Below, piece after piece: positions 55,531 to 64,000 of a DNA stretch of 64,000 bases (within the stretch, counting starts at the first letter, position 1; each line of letters opens with the position of its first letter). Below the pieces are notes generated by a model. The model saw only the letters and a program-made list of their open reading frames with translations, did not search any database and had not been told where the DNA came from. Source of the DNA: Tubulanus polymorphus (Eukaryota > Animalia > Nemertea). The stretch is taken from contig NC_134026.1 in assembly GCF_964204645.1 (NCBI RefSeq), forward strand, positions 31,270,150 through 31,334,149, given 5' to 3'. Both the position numbers and the translations under genes were made by a program.

Positions 55531-57590
55531 TTATCAGCGCCGTGATCAGAGATTTATCAGCGATGCAGGTGTCGTCTGCCGATACCAGACGATACGTCAT
55601 CACTGGCTATAAGCGGATAACGATTAATTAAACAGAAAATCGATAATTGACTGAGATGAAACTGAGAGGAAAAGGAGGAGGAATCGGTGATGATGACGAG
55701 GATGATCTGTCATCCTCATTAATACTCTACTCATCATCCACGGCGCGCGCTGGACCAAACAGAATCCTCACCCCAAGATATAAATCTTTTATCATAAATA
55801 TCTCACCAGCACCGCCTGATGTCGTGACAATATTCTGATTTATGATTTCAATTCGACTATTAATTACACTTATGACGATGACTGTGGTTGCAGTTAACGG
55901 GGCTGGTGCGCGGTGTGCGGTGCGGTGTGCGGTGCGGGGTGCGGCGCGGTCAATTGGAGCTTCTTCGACGAGCGAAATCGACTCGCAAACGGTGAATCAC
56001 AGAATCAGTCGTCAAGGGAAAACAAAACGCTCATAAACAATCTGATGAAGGGATATTGCCGAGTAATGACATTGTTGGTGTAACCAAGGGAATTGCTCCG
56101 GTAAACTGCGACTGAGATTAAGCACATTTGGTTATAATTTGATCGGGTAGATGAGTGTACTAGCGCGCGTACCACGCCCGGGGTAACGGAGTATATCACC
56201 TGACAACGCGCGCGCATCAACAATCAGTCATCCCACGTCGATACAAGATCAGTTTTCAACAATAGTCCATTTATCAATTGATGAGATCTTTGGGTTACAA
56301 ATCTTATTTAGGTTTTAACGTGATCCCAAAAGTCGCCTACGCGGGTTTAACCATCGATTAGTGACCGGATCCAGTTCTGGCTTAGATTCCAGTCCAAGAC
56401 CATCTTAGTTCTATAGCCAATCTAACAACCTATGTCTTTAGATTTAAGTCTCGCCTATGGAACCGGCCCGTCCAGTTCGGTGTCGATATGAAGGATTGCA
56501 AAACAATCTTCTTGTACTCAAGTTGCATCAAAGACATTGAGATGATCGCCCATTCATCAGAGTAAATATAGGATCCATTTTGTGAATAACCTCGTGGTCT
56601 CAAAGGTTTTCAAATCCCCTGTTAGTACAAAGAATTTATGTGAAAAAAAGAATTAAAAGAAACTGCTGCAGTTTGATTACGATTCTACGAATAACTGATC
56701 GGAACTGTCCTCTTGAAACTAAATTTCAGAAATATCATTTTTCGCAGCACCGTTTTAAATCCAAAGTTCACTCAGTGTTAAATCATGAACAGTTAGTTGA
56801 TAGTGATATTGAGATAGTTCTATCACGAGGGTACAAACAGTCTGTTATACATTTGTATGTTCATATAATAAGCGGTTTTTTAACGGACACTTCACGTCGT
56901 TTAGTTGTAACCATCGCAAACACTTCACCAGGACTCCTGACGTTATTGACAAGAGCCGCAAAAACAAGTTTATTCTTAGTAAAGCAAACATTTATTCAGG
57001 AATGATATAATGTCATTGAGAAATTGAGAGGCAGCGGGTTGACGTCCTGCTGGTGCTGCTGCTGCTGGTGCTGCTGCTGCTGGTGCTGAGTAGGGTATCA
57101 ATAGAACAATAGTACTTATAATACAATATCCCCCAGAATAGAATACCCTAATTGAAAATTCGTTCTAAGCCTCTTGTCGTTCATTTTTTTTATACAATTT
57201 TTGAAAGGCACAACAAAAGAAAAAAACCGCTCGTCCATAAAAAGAGCCAAATGGCTAAAACTAGAAGCATTATGTGTGTTATAAGTATTACGGAATAGCG
57301 GAACAGCAGATGCCGAGCAGCAGAGTATTATTGTTGATTGTATGGACACCAACTCGTTGTCAAGGATATACATAAAATATCACTATACTCCTTACAAGAT
57401 GAGTCATGTGATTTAATATATGGAAAGGGCGCTACATTTAGCGACATATCCGTTTTAGATGATTAGAAATAATTGCCACGCTAGACACAATGTGCTCTCT
57501 TAAATCAGAGGCCACCGCGTGGCTCTCACTACGCGTCGCTCATATTACTGCGTTTCATAGTGAATTATGAAGACAGGTTATGAGGAGTAA

Positions 57591-57634
57591 GGGTAGGGGG
57601 TAGGGGGTGAGGGGTGAGGGGTGAGGGGGTGAGG
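57591..57634 (+). other. G-quadruplex-forming tract
   Basis: gggtagggggtagggggtgaggggtgaggggtgagggggtgagg. Confidence 0.5.
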
Positions 57635-59284
57635 CAGGATGTGACTGTTATACCGCCCACCACTACCGGCTTCTTGCATTCAGTATTACTTACAATCCAT
57701 CCATTCATCACATCACTGAATTCATCTCTATTTTTGAGTCACAATTTGTATTTCTAGTTTAATTTACTAAAAAAAGTTAGTCGTCATTCAGGTAAGTCGT
57801 TATATCGCACTATTCAACTGATAGGAAAAAACCTCTTCCCGCGATACCGAACTCATACATAATGGAGGTGATTTAATAAAATGCATGTAATAAGTCTTAT
57901 TAGCATGCAATAGTACGTGACCAGTAAGCGGTATTATCAGTGTCTGATTCAGCCGATTATGAATGGAATTTTATTGAATATAACGGTTACTGCCACACGC
58001 CTGCGCGCGATTCTATATAAGGAAATGCCTTTTTGTCGTCTGTGAAAGAAGCCGCGAGAACACGAAGTGAAATTAGGTAAATGGAAGAACAAAAGCGATT
58101 CGAATAACCGCACAGAAACTGGTCTGGATAGACATTCCGTAATGTCATGTTTAGGCCTGCAGGCTTTTCGTAAAATTGATCGTCAACAAAATGTCATCTT
58201 TTGAGCGAGAAATCCCTGTAGGAGATGAGAGAAAATTCGGGCATTAATTGTGTTCTGTGTAAGATGAGATATAGACATAAAAGTAAAGGTTTAGGGATTA
58301 GAAATGAACGCGCATACTGCAGTCTCTTCACAGATCAAGGGTCTTAAAACACTTTTCATGATGCGTTCGACAATTTACGTAAAGGTCTTTTAGCAGTAGC
58401 TGCAGTAGCTGCAGCTGCTGCTGTTAGCTTAACTTATAAAATAGGTGTTCAGACTAGAATACAAAAGGTTTGCTTTACTTTAATGAAAAGGACCCAGTTT
58501 TCTAATCCACACGAGTTTAGTTTAATATTTCGATAGTGAAAAAGTCTCGAGTGTCATTAAGAAACAACACGCTCATCTCAATGCTATCTCAACTACTCGC
58601 ATGGTCTATATATAGCTTAGTTCTGATTTTGTTCTGATGCGGGTAACATTAGTTTTGGCCGAAAGGTGTCAACAAGATTTTTGGTGTAAAATATAACAAA
58701 AAGGATCTAAGATTTTCGCCTTGTCTTTCTGTTTATCATTGACCTTAATGACTTTGTTTTCTAATTTATTACGACTTAAACAAAAGATTATTTAGCATTT
58801 TGACTTTGTTATTCAATCTCCCTGTTTTGGTCCCGGTAGGTGTGACTGGTGTCGGTAAAGGGCACATCTCAATGTGAGGCCTTTAGAAACATCGTCGGTG
58901 CGATGACCAGAACACATTTGCATGACGGAACAATTTAACCGCGCACAATGTGATCGGGGACATTACAGAACTGATGCTGATTAGCGCTGATGAAATTCCC
59001 GCAAAAATGATAACGAATAATCGAATGACAATAAAAGGAGTGCTCCGTCTAATTCACATTCCGTATGGCATTCACGCTGGCTGAAAATTTGTCAACAGAT
59101 AATCTTACGCTCGATTAAGGTAACCACGGTTTGATAAGCATTGTAGGGTGTGTTTGACCGGATTATTGACGCCACCAGACTAATTCCAAAGAGCAGACGA
59201 TCATTTGATTTACGAATCGCGATTTAGTAACAATGTGACATAATATCTTGATGATCTGAAAAATCCCTGCACCCCTGAAAATTG

Positions 59285-59492
59285 AGTCCGAAATGCTTCC
59301 TCATTGGGCTGGTATTTTTCAACGTTTCGACTATATCCTAATAGTTATCTTCAGGAATACTGTATTCCTTGAGCTAGTGTAGTTTATTCTACGTTGCGAC
59401 TTTATTCTAATAGTCATCTTCAGGAATACTGTATTCAGTGAGCTAGTGTAGTTTATTCTACGTTGCGACTTTATTCTAATAGTCATCTTCAG
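59285..59492 (-). ncRNA. Three inverted, partly mutated hammerhead units
   Basis: aacgtttcgactatatcctaatagttatcttcagg, plus two copies with acgttgcgac (GAAA changed to GCAA). Confidence 0.65.
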
Positions 59493-59519
59493 AAAAGGTA
59501 TTCTTGGTTAAGTATATAG

Positions 59520-60165
59520 TTGAAACGTCGAATAAACTACACTAGCTCAAGGAATACAGTATTCCTGAAGATGACTATTAGGATATAGTCGAAACGTTGA
59601 ATAAACTACACTAGCTCCAGGAATACAGTATTCCTGAAGATGACTATTAGGATATAGTCGAAACGTTGAATAAACTACACTAGCTCAAGGAATACAGTAT
59701 TCCTGAAGATGACTATTAGGATATAGTCGAAACGTTGAATAAACTACACTAGCTCAAGGAATACAGTATTCCTGAAGATGACTATTAGGATAAAGTCGAA
59801 ACGTTGAATAAACTACACTAGCTCAAGGAATACAGTATTCCTGAAGATGACTATTAGGATATAGTCGAAACATTGAATAAACTACACTAGCTCAAGGAAT
59901 ACAGTATTCCTGAAGATGACTATTAGGATAAAGTCGAAACGTTGAATAAACTACACTAGCTCAAGGAATACAGTATTCCTGAAGATGACTATTAGGATAT
60001 AGTGGAAACGTTGAATAAACTACACTAGCTCAAGGAATACAGTATTCCTGAAGATGACTATTAGGATATAGTCGAAACGTTGAATAAACTACACTAGCTC
60101 AAGGAATACAGTATTCCTGAAGATGACTATTAGGATATAGTGGAAACGTTGAATAAACCACTAGT
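59520..60165 (+). ncRNA. Head-to-tail array of 9 minimal hammerhead ribozyme units (69-bp period)
   Basis: Same unit as the 31.8-kb array, with starts at 59564+69n up to 60116. The family body sequence follows to ~60360. Confidence 0.8.
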
Positions 60166-60789
60166 TCAAGCAAACATTTAAAACTCTTTTCATTCATAGC
60201 TCGGAATTTTTTATGAAAAAAAAACCTCTATCCTGAAGATGAAGTCGAAACGTCTCGTAACAACACAGGAAATATTTCGGGCATTTTATTATATTGAGTG
60301 CACTGGGATTTTATATCGTCATGAACTACACGGACTCAGAGAGTGTTTCATCAATGGTTTTCTATTCGCCGTTTTAATGCAGCATATTTTCCATTTCATA
60401 ATAGATCATTGTTCCTACTCGCGCACTTGACACTGAGTAACAGTGAATTTCCGGAGCTCTCCTAAACTGAGCAGCTATCAGTCAGTCAGTCCCCTGTTTA
60501 AGTGCTCTCCGTCGCTGTTAGAACAGTTCAATTAATGCCACGCACTCTAATTATGCTTTAATGAATGGCGAACAAACAAACTTCAATTAATGGCAAATTA
60601 TAACGAAATGATGAATTGTCCGATTTTGACTAAAACGTCAACTTATCGAGAACAAGAGTTCGACTTGACCCTCTCACTGATCGTAGGTTCCATTACCAGT
60701 AAAATGGATTCTAAAAAAAACTACTTAAATCAATGAGTTGTGTTTAATCACTGAGTCGATGCGTCATCAGTTTTATTGCTTGTATATTT

Positions 60790-61131
60790 GATACAGGGTA
60801 CCTGCTCTGTAGAGATACAGGGTACCTGCTCTGTAGGAAGGGTACCTGCTCTGTAGGGATACAGGGTACCTGCTCTGTAGAGATACAGGGTACCTGCTCT
60901 GTAGGGATACAGGGTACCTGCTCTGTAGGGATACAGGGTACCTGCTCTGTAGAGATACAGGGTACCTGCTCTGTAGGGATACAGGGTACCTGCTCTGTAG
61001 GAAGGGTACCTGCTCTGTATGAAGGGTACCTGCTCTGTAGGGATACAGGGTACCTGCTCTGTAGGAAGGGTACCTGGTCTGTAGGAAGGGTACCTGCTCT
61101 GTAGGAAGGGTACCTGCTCTGTTGGGGATAC
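60790..61131. repeat. 21/24-bp minisatellite, ~15 copies
   Basis: Unit gggtacctgctctgtag(ggataca/agataca/gaa). Confidence 0.95.
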
Positions 61132-61566
61132 CATGTGTTTGCTGTAGTGGAGTGATTGCGTGTCAAACCGGTTCACAGACTTCTAAACGTCATCCAGACT
61201 GAAAACCAATAACACAACCTGCACAGAGTATATCCCCATTTCCTATTTCTGACCTTTTCCATAAATCACTTCAAAGGAAGAGTTTTTATAGAAGAACAAC
61301 GGACACGTCGTTAAAGTCACTGCAAATAACTCCACTATACAAAATAGCCTAATGCCATTAGTGTGGAGCTTACCCTGGCACGCACATTTTGACAAATATT
61401 GCGATGACACGCGAACGCCGAGTGACGACTGAAGTCAGTGGTGGACAATCGGTAGAATGTATAACTGATTCAATGAAGCTGAAGGCATTGTTGTAACCAG
61501 ACAGACAACAATGGTTTATCGCGTCTCGCTAATAAGCAATGTCAACAATAATCAGTACTCATGTTG

Positions 61567-61860
61567 TCTCATCATCTACCAGGCGGCTCTCTCCATCTCC
61601 TCTCTCCCTCTCTCCCCTCCCTCTCTCTCATCTACCAGGCGGCTCTCTCTATCTTCTCTCTCCTTCCTCTCCCTCTCTTCCTCTCCCCATCTCTTCTCTC
61701 CTCTCTCTCTCTCTCATCTACCAGGCTCTCTCCTCTCTCCCCATCTCCCATCGCTCTCCATCTCTCTCACTCTCTCCCCATCTCTTCTCTCCTCTCTCTC
61801 ATCTACCAGCCTCTCTCCCCATCTCCCATCGCTCCCCTTTCCCTCTCTCCCTCTCTCTCG
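61567..61860. repeat. CT-rich compound repeat with tctcatctaccagg units
   Basis: About 4 recurrences separated by CT tracts. Confidence 0.85.
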
Positions 61861-62544
61861 CATCACTAGTCACTCAGGTATAGCCGACCAATTTTCATTA
61901 ACTGAATTTGATATTTTTTTGTGAACGCGAGAATCCGATCAGCTCAGTGTCTGCCCTTCTGATATCATGAACACTTGATTGTATTAATTTAGCGATGAAT
62001 TCAGTGAACGACTATTAATAAAACGATGACTGGTTGTTCGTTCAGATCGCGGTGCAGCGGCAGCAGCAGTGCACGGCAGCAGCAGTGCACGGCACCAGCA
62101 GTGCGCGGCACCTCAACCGTTCATCATTCGAACGATGCCTGATTTTTAGTGTTTACCCAATAAATTGATGTCATGCTCTGAAGGATTCATCATCATTATT
62201 AGATTAAAACACACACCTGCAGAATTCGTGTACAGTTATTCTGTGACATCATCGACCGAATTATTTCTAGTCTGACTCAGACGCAGCAGACGGCGGGAGA
62301 GGTATACTCATAAAATATCCCGACATTCAGCAGATTCTACGAAATAGTTCCGCGCACATAAAATCAGGTATCAGAATCGAATAGCTGATCAGAATCTGAG
62401 TCAGTCTCTGGTCATCAGAGAGTTCGAGTCCACAAACTAACAGGTCTATATATTCACACGAGTTTCACAGTCCTCGGTTAAAGTGTGACTTTCAGGTTAA
62501 AAGAAGGACCGATTAAAACTGCGGGGTCAAACTGAACCAAAAAC

Positions 62545-62770
62545 AACCTGCGTCATAATGGCCGTCAGCTGTTACTTCTTACTTCAGTAACGCTGCGTGT
62601 ATGGCCAGCATGATGCGCTGTGACGTCACCGTGGCGTCACGTGGATATAAGGTCTGGGATTCTCCAGGCAACAGTTCTGTAGGCCTGATATCGATAAAGA
62701 CAGATATGCACGTATACCACACGCCGAATTGGCCGCCAGATGGCAGGTGTACAATATGACGTCACACTTC
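62545..62770. promoter_or_regulatory. Candidate regulatory module: two CRE sites, CRE half-sites, E-box and CTCF-like motif
   Basis: tgcgtca ~62549, TGACGTCA at 62621 and 62757, gcgtcacgtgg ~62634, ccgccagatggcag ~62733. Confidence 0.45.
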
Positions 62771-63399
62771 GTGATGACTTTCGTACTCGTCGCATATCGA
62801 AGTTAAACAAGCCTCTTGTTTTCGTAATTCGTAACATACAATGACAGTGAAAATATATGAATAAGTCATGTCGCCTTGTTACTGTTACTGTAGTTACTGG
62901 TGTAACTGACGGTACTGTTGGGAGTGTTCACCTTGACACTGAATTTCTGTCAGAAAATTAATTACTAAGCAATAAATGCCTTCTACGCGTTTGTGCAAGG
63001 ACGATGTGTGTTTCTGGATTGGCGCATGACAAAGCCTGACTGGTTGATTAACTCAAACGTATTATCCGCGACGATTGTTGAAGTGTCACGGTGTCACAGG
63101 CTGAGGTGATAAATTCACAATAAGTTCCCCTCATCGAAAAAAAACTGAATTAATCGAAATCAAACGAGAATCGAACAATCATCGAAAATAAAGGCAATAA
63201 TTTCTGCGGCGAAACGCGATACGAAATACTACAACGATTTCAACCTTTCAGGTGACGACTTGATCATGACTGCCGCGACACAGTCAGACATCGTAACCGA
63301 CATTTTCAATTTTGTATCTTCAGATTTGAAAACGAACAGATTCGACCAATCATCGCCTGCTTCAATTTCCGATTTCGAAATCAAACCCCCGTCGTTTCG

Positions 63400-63496
63400 T
63401 AACCAACTTAGTTCTAGCCAATCTAACCACTTAAGACTAGTCTTAAGATTTAAGACCACTTTTAGACTTAAGTCATGACTATGCAACCGGCCCCTG
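63400..63496. mobile_element. 3' half of the 47-bp MITE family
   Basis: accaacttagttctagccaatctaacc...taagtcatgactatgcaaccggcccctg. Confidence 0.75.
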
Positions 63497-64000
63497 AACT
63501 TGAAACTATGGTGGACAATGAGGTGCATATCTTACACGAAATATGGGGTACCATTTTAAGTTCTTCGAGATAAAAAAGTTGATCATGTGCCTTGCTTTCA
63601 GATCCATGGATTTTTGAAAGCACTCGTTGTTCGTAGCTTACGCCATTGGATGCATGTAACTATAGCAGTCGTTATGGGTTGACTCCAATTTTAAAACTTG
63701 ACCCCAGCAGATGAGTTGGAAAATGGAGGTCAAGCACATTTTTTTGCGACAGAGTCAACTCCCTGTTACTTGAGTCAACATTGCTAGTAAGCAGTTCGTG
63801 AAGCATGGTCAATACTTAGTTAAAAAGTAATCCTAACTCAGACTGACAAATCGTGCTGGCGTGAGTCAGTAAAATGAAAAAAAAAACCATAGTTCCAAAG
63901 ACAAGTTGCAGGGGTATCAGATTTTACAAATTTAAGCCATGCATGGATGTCATTGTAATTCAACCTTGTATTCCGCCGGTTCGCGGTGACTCAATATTCT

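Overview
This is a gene-poor eukaryotic window, most likely intergenic or intronic DNA from an invertebrate animal (inferred from the AT-rich composition, frequent CpG, and abundant micro/minisatellites and MITEs). No ORF in the supplied track resembles a protein family I recognise, and the long ones are translations of simple repeats. Main contents: (1) a dispersed ~170-190 nt repeat family carrying a minimal Penelope/retrozyme-type hammerhead ribozyme, amplified into head-to-tail 69-bp ribozyme arrays (11 copies at ~31.8-32.6 kb; 9 plus 3 inverted copies at ~59.3-60.2 kb), and a second hammerhead-like family; (2) PIF/Harbinger-like MITEs, some with internal 47-bp arrays and one whose terminus seeded 20-bp minisatellites; (3) tRNA-derived SINE-like heads; (4) tandem arrays of CTCF-like motifs in divergent orientation at 41-44.6 kb; (5) an excess of perfect CRE palindromes plus AP-1 and CArG sites, near a candidate 38-aa micropeptide ORF at 18006-18122; (6) a few candidate structured RNAs. 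All coordinates and counts were read by eye and may be off by a few bases.
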